From positions 5,550,476 through 5,614,475 of the forward strand of contig OZ316892.1 of assembly GCA_973895155.1 (NCBI GenBank): DNA of 64,000 nt. The letters run 5' to 3'. This document shows, one piece after another, positions 35,959 to 50,547 of the stretch. The notes beneath the pieces are model-generated. The model did no database searches, was not told the origin of the DNA, and saw nothing but the letters and a program-made list of their open reading frames with translations. Each line of letters starts with the position of its first letter. Positions within the stretch are counted from its first letter, which is position 1. This stretch comes from Marsupella aquatica (taxonomy: Eukaryota > Plantae > Marchantiophyta). Position numbers and translations under genes: made by a program.

Positions 35959-38900
35959 TCTAGGAGTGACTAATGGGACACAACTACCGGTTGGGAAGTG
36001 AACTGGAAAGTCTATTAATTTGTCCCCTTCACTTGGGGTGGGCTGAGCCTCGAAAAAACCAGTGAATTCACCTTAAAGTTTTCATATACATGCTTAGCTT
36101 CTGCGTGACAAAAAAATCACTGCCCCGGCTATGTCTGATAGTCAACCGAAGCATTTTCGTGATAATAGGACACGGGTCCTTCTGAAATCCAATTTGAAAC
36201 AGAATCTTAGCCTAGTGGGTCTTATGAGTGTTTTGCAGGAATGGAATTGGACCTCATCCGCCATGATTAAGTCTGTAGCCTCAGTCTGTAAGACTATTAT
36301 TTTGTCCTGCAGCAGCTAAGCCAATGAGTTCTGTACACCAGGATTATTATGGTAGACAACATCCCAAGAGACATTTGTACCCAGGCTCCTAAACTGATGA
36401 ACTCCACTCAGTCACCTTTCTTTGGACATATGTTTCAGTCTGCATGAGTAAAATCACAACGCTAGGTAATACTCTCACCCACCTCGAGCGGGACCTCGAG
36501 GCAGTTTCGAAGGGACAGAGGTTCTTATGAAATCCAATTCCCAAGAGAATCTCAGCAATTGGCTCGTGGGAATGTGAGATTTGTTTGCACGTCTGGGGTT
36601 GGCCCTCATCGGCCACGATTACGTCTATCTCCTGTAAGTCTATTTGTCGTGCAGCTGCGCAAGTACTTGTAAGGACGCAAAAAGTACAAGACAACATCCA
36701 AATGACTACTGTACCGCAGCTAACCTTGTGTGCCCATGGTAGGGCATGAGCAGGCCCACAAAATCTCAAACAAGCTAGACCATACTCATGAAATTCATAC
36801 TAAGATCTGGCCAGTCATTCTGGAACTGGGCAGAGCAGAAACCGCACAATCCTGTTTACTACTTTAGTGGTGTAGCAATTTGACAATCATTCTAACGAGA
36901 CCGGACATTGTCCAGTATGGTCTGTACGCACTTGAACTCCAATCATTCGCTTCTGGATTGACTCTGCGACAAATTCCAGAAAACACGCATCTCAACAACG
37001 AAACGCTTTCTGTAAGGTCCTTGAATTGGCATTTTTAAAACTACGTTTTGGTACAACCTAGTCAGTTCAGACTGTCAAGGAAGGGGATATCAGCGTTCTC
37101 GATCATGACATAGGACCTAGGTGATTAGTGTTAGGGACTCGATAGTCAATATTATTCTTGGTAACCCTCCTGTGTACTTTACTCAGGAGCTATAGTAGGC
37201 TGTCAAGTTTGTTTCTTAATAGGGCTTTAGTTCTTTTGGCAGTGAGGACGCATGCGGTCTTGGTTATCCTGGGTTTTCTCTTGGCTTTCGGATCGATCCC
37301 GTCTTCCAATATGGAACTTTTCGCTCCTTGGCAGTGTTGTATACAGACGAGTAGCACATGAGCACGAAATTAGCTTCGGAAATTAGTAGTAGTTCCTCGA
37401 AATGAGCAGAGCATGAATCGGGAACGATTTCGCTGGACACAGTCCTGACTGGCAAGGACAGGAATTTCCGTTGCAAGGTACTTGAGTGTGGAGTGTTTCA
37501 AAAATAGCATCTATCTACAGCATTACTACGTGGAATTTGGGTACTCTTTAGGTCAGACGGGAAGAATAACGGCCCTGATTGACAAAATTCGTGTTGAACG
37601 TTCTCTTCCACGAAACAAGATCTGTAGTACAACTTAGTCAAAGCCAAACAGGGGAGCGAGGGAGAGCGAGAGACGCATCGCGGAAAAATGTTAGGTGGTA
37701 GCAGGCCACGGAATCTCAATGCATACCGCACGTCCACACTGGCATATCCATTTTCAACCTCTCTTTTCGACCATTGCTACCCTCAAGAACAGATTTTGAG
37801 ATTCTTTTAATAATCTTCAGTTCAGGGAAAATTCAGAGAATCAGAGTGACGGTGGTTCTTTCCTCCGGTTCAAATCTGAGTTCCGGATGTGAGAGACAGT
37901 TGGTTACGGTCTAGAGCTTGTGCATGTATAGAAACACACGTGCCAATTTATATATCTCCGTTCTCTTTCAGTGGAATCGTGTGGGAAACAGTAATTTCTA
38001 TCCAGGCATAGCTTTTTGAAGACGGGTATGCAGGGCAAGTGCAAAGTTTTGCTCCACATGAACAGTTCGCCTATCAAACTCAAAGACTGATGTAGCTGTG
38101 ACCGATCATCACAGGGTATGAAGTATTATTGCGATCGGTCAAAGATAGCTCTCTACACTTCGCAAAGGAATTCGCTGCTAATGCTAATTTGCTGTAGCGA
38201 AACTGGGGCATCCTGGTGTCAGGAGGTGATGGGCATTGCTTTAAGCCCGTGGGAGGGCGGTGGGCGTGCATTTGTTTCGGATCTACAGTAGTTCATAAGG
38301 CGGAAGATTCGAAGTGAACCACACATAAACACTAATCTTTATATATTATACATCAAGACCTTTCATTCGGCCTCAGTGAATGCATCTGTTTCATCAATTG
38401 TCATCCAATGAGGGATACTTTGAACCCGACAAATCATCTGAAGGCCACGTGACCTTCACAACATCGGGAAATCTTCCTTGACACTTGCCACATGACTGGA
38501 CTCAGCAACACTCTAAAAATCGCTGAAAATGGAAGAAATCTCCATATACTACGAATGCTTGCCTTATAATCAATTGATTGATTGAGAAAGGCGCCACGAT
38601 CATATGAATCCACGTCACTCTAGCACAGCCCCAGCTGACATGTACAACTAATCCACCGAGTAGCGGATTTAAGAGAGCCGTGTAAGACAACTGCACAAGG
38701 CCAAGGAGAGACTAATACTTCAAAACTGCACGAGACCCGTCTTTGTTTGCCAACAACGGTCAAATATGTACTCGAAGTCGTTGCACAGCCAAAAGGAGTC
38801 TACTGAAAGGATTGATAGAATGTAGTGCCCGCTTTATATATTGAATAAATTCAAGTCCTCTTCATCCTGACGCAAAAGACCTTTCGGTCCGCCGTTCGAG

Positions 38901-39066
38901 CTTGGCGAGCTGCCCATGCATTGCATGTCATCCGCATCATTAAACACAATCCGAGAGTTTTGGACATCGGTCTTCTGTCGGCAAGACTACCTTTCCATGA
39001 GAGTAGTACTCTTGAGAAAATCGTGGAAAGAATCATTGCTGGAAAGTTCCTATCTACGAGTTATCG

Positions 39067-42000
39067 TCACGGTAAACTGTTGTAGCCAAGATGATCCATC
39101 TCCTCGCGGTCGACGACAATCGGCTTGTCTGCCTCCCAGCTGGACCTTTTGCATATTTCTTCATGAGTTGGTTCGTATTCCTGGACAACAAACAATGACT
39201 CTTCCCAGTTAGCTTCACTCACACACCGCTAAAAGCACTGTCCACAGCAAACGATGTATTATACCGTTAACGTCCGAGCTATGTCACCTCCTGGCCCATC
39301 TTTGGCACCCGCCGGGCGTCCATGGGCACCGAACATAAGACGGAAGCCTAAACCGTGTACGACCATATGAGCCAATTCAGCAGAAATCACACGCTTACAG
39401 CGTACTAACACGAACTAAACCAGCCTGTGCAACAAGCATGCCAAATCCAATCGCGTCTCAGTCGAGTCGACTTTGGGAGTTGGGGGATCTCGAGTTAAAG
39501 AGCGAGGGTTGCGAGGACAATTTCACGCTTCTTTCCGGTCAGGTCAAGCAGAGAAAAATGCAGCCGTTAAAAGAAACGCTAGAGTCCATATGCTAGTCCC
39601 AGTAATTCGTCAAGCAATGGCTCGGTGGTGATGATGACGAAGACGACGCAGCAGACACAATGTTTAAACGCACCTCAAACTTGTCAAGAAGCTCACGAGC
39701 AGTCGGTGCAGAGAGCAAAATATTTCTGCTATTGACTTTAAGAAAGCCTTCCTCTACTGCCTTATCAAGTAAAGCCAACAGCAAATTGTAGTATCCATCG
39801 ACATTCAAGAGTCCCACCTGCACCACAGCCCCATCCCATTTCACTACTACTGTTAGAGTTGCCGATGAAAACAAGCATTCGTTCTTGAGGGTTCACGCTG
39901 CTATTCGTTTTCGTACATGATGCAAACCACGGTTGAAGGAAATACGAGATCACGAAATCTACGTGACTGTTTCGCTTAAAATGATGGTGGGCTTTACCGG
40001 CTTGTCATGAATTCCAAGTTGTACCCAAGTGATCATCTCGAGCAACTCCTCCAACGTTCCATATCCACCTGTGCAATAGGTTGCGGACGTAAGTAAAGAG
40101 CTGTACTGAAATCCAAAAGCGTCTAACGTAGGACCTGAGATCGTACTCTTCCGTTGTAGACAATCGATAATTTGGTAGGTGACTCGGTACCAAATGAGTG
40201 TGACACATGAACTTCCTAATTTCCGAGGGACAATTGTCTCGCCGAGGTATTCTGTCAGACGTACTAAATCGTCCGGCACATTGCCGTCGCTCGCACATGC
40301 AGGATGTTGTCATTGAACTTTGAGGGCGAAAATTCCAAACAGTACTCTTGCCAAGCTTGTCAGACTGACCAACATGCATCACCGGTAGAGGAGATGGCCA
40401 ATTGGCTGTTACCTGGCAGGGCAATGAAAGCATCAGCTTGGCGAGCCATTTCGGCCTTCCGCTCGTGCATGTCAGCCACAGACCTTAACTCCCCGACAGT
40501 TTGTCCGGAAATCTGGTGAAGGAGAGACACGGCAAATACGTTAGCGCTAAGAGGGGGTGAGGCACTTCCTTTCACACAATTCAACTCCATAGACACTCCA
40601 AAAATTCTCAAGGGGCCTATTCCCAACTAAGTACACCGAGACGTTCACTTCCGAAGTGCAATTGAAATACCCTACTCTTACGATGCGGAAACATTCTTAT
40701 CAGCCGGGTTCGTTTTGTTCTGTTGTCAACGACGCCCGATCAGTCTAAACTCGATTCCTGTTCTAAACTCTCTCGCACCGCTAGAACTGTCCATATATCT
40801 TGGGTTGATTTTTTGCAACTCCAGAATGCTCTTGGGAAACTGGGTTTCAGAGGCTATGACACGGGATTATACTCGGAGATAAGTTGGATGAACCGCCCAG
40901 TCCAGCTTTTCAATGACCTCTACTGAAAAATGAAGTACAAAGTCATAGCCGCAGTGTTAACAAGCGGGGAATCGGACCCGAATATTAAAACTTCCGAAAT
41001 TGGAAACCAACAATACAAAAGACGAGATGTGCAACGTACCGAATGAAGTGCTTTCGGGAGAACCCTGCGGAAACAGACAGAACAAACAAATCGAACAACA
41101 AGTTAGGCCAGATTGCACGTTGTGTTCATACTGAGCTTGTGAGGTAATTTGCTCATGCTAACGTAGCACTAGACCAGAAGTGTATGACGTTAGCTAGGAG
41201 ATCTGTACTGTAGCCAAAAGTTCGATGTTAGGGGATATAAAAGCTATCTTGAGACAATGGCCGTTCCTTATTCAAATATTATACACTGCAAAGTGTTCCG
41301 GTTCCTAATTACAGCCAATGAATCCAACCCCTACTAAGGACCAGGACGAAAGAACATAGCTACGCTTTGCATGAAAGCGGACGTGGGCAGGAATTCATGA
41401 GGACATCGGCTTCTCAACTATTCACTTCATCGGTAGACGAGACAATCTGGAATGCGCTCCCCGAGAGGAGTTCATTCCTCGTTCTGCTAGGGAGTGAAAT
41501 GGTACTGGAGCCCACATACTTACCCTATGACGTGACCTCCACCTTCATGAACAGTTTTTGAAATCTGCCCCATTAAACCCACACTTCCACCTCCATACAC
41601 CAAATCAATTTTCCGTCGCACCTGCCAGTATGACGCAGCCAAACAATCGTTAACAGAGACGACAGCGGCGAGCGTAATAAGATTGCAAGCAACAGTGAAA
41701 AACGCGGAAGACTGACAAAACCTAGTGAAGTTGGCGTAGCTTAGAAAAAAGAACGATTTAAGGCATCTGCTTATGAGCTAAGAAGATGAAACGTGTGCAC
41801 CAGACGCACCCTGGAACTGGAAAATCCAGTTCAGAGCTACGAAGGAGAGGAGAAACGTTACTTCGAGTAAACCAAGCAAAAGATGTGATTTACACGACAA
41901 GACAGGCTGCAAAATTGCACAAACTATCATCGACTGGGGGTCCACGCTGGTAACACTTGACGAGACATGCTGAGTCGAAATTCGGGTGCACCTTAAGTCC

Positions 42001-42912
42001 CATTCTTTGAAACCTAAGTTCGGGACCAAGCTTATCACGTATCACCAAAAATCCAAGACGTTCCGACTGGCTAGGAAAATTGCTGTCACTACTGTGCAGC
42101 GCGCAGACGTTGGAAGGAAATCGCTTCCCTCCCGAATATAATCATCCGCAGAACTATGAAATGAGATGATCGCCGGCAACGCATGGCGTAATCCCTCACA
42201 ACATAAGAGCTGTCTGGCTGCACTGTATTCTTTCCCGTTTGACCTTGCTGAATCCTACATTGTTAGCCCATCCGACGGACAGACAGATAGGCAACCATAC
42301 CAACGGTAACATCTACTGTGACAAGCGCTATGCGGAGATACGATACGGCAGCGACAACTAGTGGATTAGTTGGTTTCAAGTCTTCGAACTGAACGGGGTA
42401 ATAAACGGTGGCAGAATAGATGACGGGTACAACCAAAACACCGCCGCCATATCTTCAAATTTTGGCCGCCACAATTCTCCCTTCGAAGCAGGAGGCTCAG
42501 AAACGAATTTGCCACGAAAAGTCGCTCAGATTCTTCCTCTCAAACCCCATACAATAACCACGAATTCATTTGAATGTCGCAGAAAAGGACATTCAAGAAG
42601 AAGACCAGTAAACCATTCGAGGGTGAGAATGGATGAGAAGAGAGGAGACCAAAAGAAAGGAAGGAGGGTATACGTCGCCCTTCACTTCCTTCTTTCGACG
42701 TGGCTAACATGAACAAGAAGACCAGCCAGCGAAAAGGGAGACGGGAACGTGTCACATACCATTTCGTTTCCTAATTCGAGGGCTACATTGCTGTAGAGCG
42801 TCTTCTTTCCCGCACTGGCGCCACAGAAGACACAGATTCGCTTGAATCGTGACGCTTTAACGTTACTAGTCTCCATCTTGGGCCCCGACTGGTATTCCTC
42901 CTCGACAACCAT
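39067..42912 (-). CDS. LOG: Cytokinin riboside 5'-monophosphate phosphoribohydrolase LONELY GUY, 7 exons: 42912-42760, 41621-41524, 41064-41040, 40512-40413, 40068-39998, 39817-39674, 39180-39067 (234 aa)
   Basis: [74 protein letters not shown]. All junctions are GT-AG and in frame (705 nt). Confidence 0.96.
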
Positions 42913-44969
42913 TGATGTAAGAGAACAACACTAAAGGCCGAAGAGTCTCTCTGTGTCTTCAATAACCAAACGAAATTTGTCTGATTATGAATGACATCCG
43001 CAACCACTCCCTGAGGGATGTGGATCAATTACTCCAAGTGAGGAGTGCGGCAATCTGCCACTCCACTCCACTCCACTCCACTCCAATAGGTCTGCAGGGC
43101 AGGCAACGCAGAAGGCAGGCAGGGAGGACGCCGCAGGCAGACAAGGCCTGACTTAAGCTACGACTCGTTCTTTTTTCTCCACACCTACAGTTTCGATGGA
43201 CAGCCGGCAGACCGACTACTTAGAGAAAGCCTTCGGCTGATGCAGCGCAGCAGCAGCGTGAGGATATCGTCCAGAAGGAGTCCTGAGGACCAGGCGGTGG
43301 TGGTAGTAGTAGTAGTACAGGGATGGAGCCAGACACTCTGCCAACAGCAACTCTGATTGATCGTTGATTGATTGTTCTTCAAGCGTCGGAGCAGGGCGCT
43401 CTACTTATCCTCCCACTAGAAGCCACCATGACAATGCGCTCCCTTTCCTCTTATTATACTTCCCATGATTCTCCTGTCCGGCTCACTGTTCAATTGTCCG
43501 GCTCTCTCCCACTGTTCAATCCTCAAGCGAGCTGTTCTTGCTCAAGCCCCCTTTTCTGGGTGCCGGAGTGCCTCTGTCCATTCTACATATCGCCAGCCAG
43601 CCACGACTCTCTCTGCCTGCCAAGGACAGCAGGATTCCCAAATCAATCCTCGAATCTATGCGCGCTGCACTGCTGCCTCTGCTGCTGCTTTGCCTTCTCG
43701 GCAGATCCAATTCATTCCCATGTCCCACTCGCGCCCAATCGCCCATAACCCTCTGGCTGTCTCTTCCTTTGCAATCTGGCCTCACTCGTGCCTGCCTCCG
43801 AGTGGATAGAGGTCCCCTCTCCCCTCCCCAACAGTACCAAACCTACTTGCTTCAAGTACAGTAGCGAATCTGACGCCCATATCGCCCCTGGCTGCTGCGA
43901 TCCTTCAATCGGATCAATTCAAGCCCGCCTGGTCGGTCGCAATGCTCATCAATCAAATGCTGCCTGCCTGCCTGAACGCCTGAATGCCTGCCTGAATTTC
44001 CTGAATGCCTGAATGCCTGCCGTGCAGCAGCAGCAGCAGCAGGAGCAGCAATCAGCAGCGGCAGGGGGCGGATAGATGAATGCCGATGGACTTTGCCGAT
44101 GGTCAAATCACCCCGAAATGTGCGCGAGCAAATTTATTGCCACCAGGGTGAGAAACTACAAAGCGATCCATCTGCCGGCCGTGCCTCTCATACCGTAACG
44201 TTCTCGTTCGGATGGCTGGCTATCTGGCTTGCTGCGCTGCCCGCCCTCCTTCGTTCCCCCCCTCGCCCCACCCCCCTGCCCGCCAGCGAGGACGTGGCTC
44301 ATCATTACCTCGCCCACTTGCCGTGCTGCCCGACCTGCCCGGCGCTCCTTTTGTTCCAACTTCCAACTGACCCCCCCACCAGAAATTTCCATCGCGCTCC
44401 ACCCGCCACTGTACAGTGCCCGCTATCTGTTCAGGATATAGTGTACAGTAGGGCCGTCTCAAATCTGAAATATTTTTTGGCCTCACAGGTGGGCCCACGA
44501 AGCTATTGGGCGCACTGAGACTGGGTATAAACCTGCCAATATTTGCTAGGGTAGTTAACATTGAGTGGTGTCGCGGCACTGTGCATGAAGTGGCTTCCTG
44601 CATAACCACCGTTAACTTGAGGTGGATGACTACTCTCATAACGGAACCTTGCCAATTCCCCCTGGATTTTCCAAACTTGCCGTAATATGTTGGGAAGTCA
44701 GTGAATGCTTTGCTCAATTCTTTCAACATTTCAAATCAAAATTCCCTCGCTCAATGCCACCCGTTGCCCCAACCTGCGATGCTCCCGGGCGTCATACCGC
44801 GGAAAAGTCTCATACTTGAGACTCCCTAGTGGAGTGAGACTTACTATTCTGAATCAAATGCCGAGGGAGTTGGTTTTGGGGTCTACACTGATTCTCCTTT
44901 GTGACCCTTCCTATGGGGAGTTCTTCAGAGTTTTACCAGGCTTGTCAGTTTCCTCCTAGTAGCGTGTTA

Positions 44970-45245
44970 GTCTCCTTTGATATTTAGAGGATTTATTGGT
45001 TTTTGTTCCTGGTTTTTGGTTTTTGTTCCTTTGTTGTTGTTGGAGTCTCCATTGATACTAATAGTAGTTTGTTTTTGTTCCTTTGTTGTTGTTGGAGTCT
45101 CCTTTGATATTTAGAGGATTTTTTGGTTTCTGTTCCCTTGTTGTTGTTGGAGTCTCCTTTGATACTAATAGTAGTTTGTTTTTGTTCCTTTGCGGTTGTT
45201 GGAGTCTCCTTTGATACTTAGTTTGTTTTTTGTTTTTTGTTCCTC
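44970..45245. repeat. T/G-rich tandem repeats (TTGTTCCTTTGTTGTTGTTGGAGTCTCCTTTGATA), ~4-5 units
   Basis: Directly visible repeated GGAGTCTCC(T/A)TTGATA cores. Confidence 0.85.
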
Positions 45246-45794
45246 TATAGAGTTGTTGTGGATTCCCTGGGTTGTTGGGCCTCTTTGGTCTTTTGGGGGT
45301 CTTTTCCCTTCCCTTGTCCCTCCAAATTGGTTGCCCTTGGGATCACATCATTCTCCTGTTTGGCAGTGATATATACAGTGTAAGTTATTATTTTGAATTA
45401 AATTAGATAAAAAGCAAATGAACACAATGGCGGGAATACAGGTCCACCACTGTCCTCTGGCCAGCACAATTGGGAGTAGCTATATTTCAGATTTTAGAAG
45501 CCAGACCCCAGTACAAGTATCTGAAATCTGAAATATCTCCAGATATTGAGAAGTATATTGAGACTCCATACCCTAGTACAAGTATGTATAAAACCGGAAA
45601 AAACTGGGGGTACTTGCAATGTGGCACATTTGGAACTCATAGTCACACTCCCGGGCAAGGCCCTCCCTACCATTGCATGCCCAATTACAATGAAAAATTT
45701 CCTCTATGACCCCCAAAATAGTAAAAAGTTAATTTATCCCGACTCAACCATGGGGTGTCCTTATTGGCTGTCCCACTAACCCTAAACTCAACTA

Positions 45795-45890
45795 CCTAAG
45801 CCCTACTAACTTGCACCACCTGAGCCCTTCTAACTTGCACCACCTGAGCCCTTCTAACTTGCAGTTGCACGCCATCCCAAGCCCCACTAA
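45795..45890. repeat. Short tandem repeat CACCTGAGCCCTTCTAACTTGCAC (24-bp unit, ~3-4 copies)
   Basis: Directly visible. Confidence 0.75.
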
Positions 45891-47919
45891 GTCGCAGCCA
45901 GGAGAGTCGCACAACAAGCACCCCACTTTCCCTAAGTTGCCCATTTTTTGCCCTGCTTGATTGCAAAGCAGCAAGCAGTACAGTGAGAGGGGAACAGGGT
46001 GCTTGACTGACCTCAACCCAGCTTGCAGCTGTGCAATGCAAAAAGGAGAGACAAGATTATCCAAACCAAGCCCAACTTCCACCATAACGTTACCCTCATA
46101 CCAATATTAGATCAATTATTCTTCCAATTTTAAACGCTGTCATTTCAGACATTAATGTCAGGATGGACCACTCATATGAACTTGCAACCTGGATGAACCA
46201 GGTGACTGTTTGGCAAAAAACCCATATGAGTAGTAGGAAAGAGTCACTAGCTTGTGGTAGTTGTAAGAATTATATAAATGTTAAATATACAAAAATATAA
46301 ACCAAGGGTTTTGCGTAAGCTAGTTGCCCACCTTGTCCAAAGGTAGTTCACGTTTCACTTCAGAACACATAATAATGGGATCTCACTATCTACAATTGGG
46401 GAGAGCAGGGTAGCCATGGGAGGGTATTTTTGGTGGTAGACAACATGAGTGGGAGACTATTTATTGAGTCTTAGTGTGACCAAAGAGCTGACCACCTTTG
46501 CCCTTTGCCCGTCCTTGCCAATGTGATTGGAGTTAACATAGTCCTTTTATAATTTTCAAACCCCAGTTAACCCCGGCCAACTAGTGTAAGGACAACATCC
46601 CTCTAGGTCTCTTTGCAGCAAGTGAGCCTATATCTTGGTAGATATGTTGGTATCATTCTGTTTTGAGAACATCATGAATTTCATTACTTTTTGGTTCCCA
46701 TTTGGTAGGTAACTGTATAATTACCTTCAGATTGTTAACCCCAATACATCAGGAAGAAAGATTGAGACAGGATGTAGACCATCCAAGAAGGAAGGAGGTT
46801 GGATCCCCAGTTGGATCTGTCCATTCAAGTACAATGTAGACACGTACTATGTGGGTACTAAAAATGAAAGATTTGACGTTCTCAAAGCAAATCCCAAAAT
46901 GTGTACAAAGATAGAAACTCCCAGGTTGGAAAGAGAAAGGGTTGTTGCCATTGGGCTAGTTGGGGTCTAACAACTTTAGTACTACATAAACCCCAAATAC
47001 ATCAAAGCTGGAAGACAGAGTGATAAAGTATCCTCACCATCAACAGGGGTGGAGGTCAAATCTGCCTGTGTACTTGATGGTTACGTATAGGGTAATGGTC
47101 CTGGGATGGACCATTACTGCATCCAAAGATCGACCATATGTCAACATGCATATGCGGGGAGGCATATGGGAAACCGTATATGCATATTAATGGTCCACCA
47201 CAAGCCCATTGGCCAACGTTAAGGGCATGCTTGCCACAAACAGGCCAGAAATGTTCTGGCACAGACAATAGACAGGACCCATACCATTTGACACACACCA
47301 TGACTATACCTTCTTTGCATATTCTAGAGAATTATGACATACGAATACCTCAAAACCGTATATAGTCACATTATGAGACATCAAGTGATGATGTGGCATT
47401 GGTTGACTATAAGAGCATAAGGACAAAATGAAGAATTGCAAAGGTTCAGCTCGATTTTGGTTTTCTCGAAGTCAATTTTGTCAGCTTAGTTAAAGTAGGC
47501 TTAGCGTAAGATTTGTTTAAATAAGCTAAATTTGGATTTATGTCATTTTATTTACGGACTCCCAATGAGAGGTCTCTTGCAAATTCCCTGCCACGAGGTT
47601 GCGCCACATCACCACAACCAACCACAAACAGGAATGATCATATTTTTAACAATAATGAACGTGGACATTCCTGTTTGTGGCAAAAGCACATAATCTTTGG
47701 GGCGCCATACCGTAAATATTAAACTTATAAAAGCCAAAATACAAAGGAAGAGATGTCATTTAGTAAAATAAAGTTATCATTCTAATGTTTGTCAAAGATA
47801 TATCAATATTTTATATCAAAATGCTTGTATTTTTTAATTGTTTGCAAGTTTGAAAAGACCAATTGATAGAAATGTACATAGTTAGAACCCCTTTGGCTTC
47901 ACATTGTAAAACTAAATAA

Positions 47920-48410
47920 TCAATCTCCTTAGTATTTGATAAAATCTGTCAATGTTTGCTTCATTGGAAAACTCAAGATCAAGATTTAGAAACTTGTGAC
48001 CTCTTTAGTATTGTCTTGATAAAATCTTTCAATGTCATACTCATTGGGAAGCTAGAGTAAAATTAGAAACTCATCATCTCCTTAGTACTTGACAAAATCT
48101 ATCAATGTTAGGTTCATTGGAAAGCTAGAGAAATTCAGATACTCATGATCTCTCTAAGTCTTGACTAATAATCTCAATGTCACACATTAGAAAGCTAGAG
48201 AGATTGAAAACCTCATGATCTCTTTAGTACCATGACAAAATCTAACATTAAATTTGTCAATGTCTGACTCAATGTTGGAAAGCTAAAAGAATTCATGTTC
48301 AACTCATGATCAAAATTTCTTATACTCACACTCATTGGAAAGGCAAAGAAATTCAAAAACTCATTTGGAACTTGACAAAATTTGTCAATCTGAGGCTCAT
48401 TGGAAACCCT
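47920..48410 (+). pseudogene. Decayed leucine-rich-repeat-like coding remnant (~70-bp period)
   Basis: About 7 units of CTCATTGGAAAGCTAGAGAAATT.GAAACTC.TGATCTC, whose consensus reads IGKLEKLETLDL; many stops and indels. Confidence 0.45.
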
Positions 48411-50547
48411 TTCTCGATTAAGAAATATCAGAATCTCGTCACAGTCACAAACTTAGCCGCTGCAAATTGATTTCTTTGATTACATTGTCATTGCTTGTCC
48501 ACAATGCTTGCTTCCTGGCTTGAATTTTTTGCATCCCTCCAGTCTTCAACTGAAGCTCACTTTGAACACAAGTTGACACCAAATGCAGCCTCTATGTCAA
48601 AGAAACAATTGTTGGTCTCCCCCTCTCACCATGGCTTTCTTAAATAAAAATAACTACAAATCCTTCATGTGAAGTGATGACTCGTTCATTTTGTGTGTTC
48701 TTCCCACCAAATTGACAAGCGCTCTTTTGCCAATAGCTGAGTGTTGTCCTCCAGTTTGTCTTGTGGCTGTAATGCTCAATGTAACTCATATTAAACGATC
48801 AATCAGGAATGGTAGAAACACGATTTCTCCAATGTGTAAGCAAAAATCATCAAAAAACTCAATTCCTCCACATTCAACCTTCCGTTTGATAAATCTCCTC
48901 TATCTTTTGAGTGTTCTCTTTTGTACGAGCATACACCAAGACCATCGGGAGACTCAAAACTATCGGTTATCGCCTTGCTAAAAATTGATTTCACTTCATC
49001 ACACGCATATTGGATGAACATGGGGTCCACGAATTAATTTTAAGTCACAATTTGGAACCCAGTTTGAGCTCAAACTTTAATTATAAATTCCCTTAGCTTT
49101 CCTCTATCTTGTAGAGAATTTTTGGCCCTGTATGTTGGGACGGTTGATTAAAACAAAAATGAAAAATGTAGGGATTCAGGCTGATTTTGGCTTCAATTTA
49201 CTTGACCTGCACTACTGGCCCATATTCAATTATTTGTTACCGGGATTCTTTACCAGACAAGTAGCCGAGATGTGACATGCACTATGTACGATTCTCGCAT
49301 GTCTTTTCATGTTCGCAATCCTTACATGAGTGAGTTCATCGTGCACCAACCCGGGTTTCATGATTCTCACCATTGATCAATAAGTATCAATGGCTATGAA
49401 TGAATTGTTGTCTAATTTATTGCTTCAAGTACTATCCAAGTTTCCATTTGAATGAACAAGGCATTTTCTTCATGCTTGCCACACAAGTGTTCCCAACTGG
49501 CACATTGGACAATTTCCACCATTGATAAGTAAAATCTGATGGATATGAATGAATTGATGAAGTGAAATTTTCTCTGAATTTACAAATTTGCAAGAGTCTC
49601 TAACTTGACCCCTAAAGACCATGATGTTCTTCCACAAATTTTCTTAAGCCTTCCTTTAGTAAGTTGAACCAATAAAATAACCCTATGTTCATTGCACTGA
49701 AAGACAATCATGAAGTTCTAAAACACATATACCAACTTGTGTGCAAAGATAAATGCTCACAGGTTGCAAAGATATTGAGGGGGATGTTGTCATTGGGCCA
49801 GTTAGGGTTTCACTGGGACTTAGACAAATACCCTATAGTGTAATCCTCAATAAGATTGATAGAGATCTAGATCATGCTAAAGGGGAACGTATGTTTTGAG
49901 TTATGGCAGACAGTCGAGCGGGGCCATTTACAAGGGTGTTTATGGTCGGATTATGGTTAGTACTAACTGGACTTTGATGAACCCATTTAGAATTACGGCT
50001 AAGTATTTAGGGTTTAGGTATGATACATATCTTGACTTTAGGGTATTAGAAAGTCCTTACAAGATATGGGATCACCAAAACTATCGACTCAACTGCCAAA
50101 AGGGCCAAAAGTCCAAAAATAATGAATATCCTGGGAACTCAAGCCAAAGCTACAGGCTACTAACTACTGGAATTAAATTTACCCCTAGTACAAGTTCTCA
50201 CAAATTGTTTGGCCTATCAGAAGGTGCCCAGTGCCCCTTGTTTTTACAAAAAATTGCAGAGCCAAACACTTTACTTGCTAAAAGAGTAAAGCAATAGATC
50301 AATGCCCACAAAGCAATGACTATGGGCTTGTGCTCCCTTTCAAATAAAACACTCATTGAGCCAATCTGAATGAAATCGACAAATAGATAGATTTTGTGCA
50401 CTAAGCAGCCACCTTTGCTTGAGTTGCCGTGTGTCCTGACCAGTAGGGCAGTGGCAAGGGCCACTTACATGCAAGCATATGCACACATCCTTGAGCAGCA
50501 AAAGGTGACACTGTGTAGAATGTCCCTTGCTTCTCATGAAACCCCTA

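Noticed and set aside
43185-44729. Many overlapping 70-170-aa ORFs
   Set aside because: Expected in GC-rich low-complexity sequence; no motifs.
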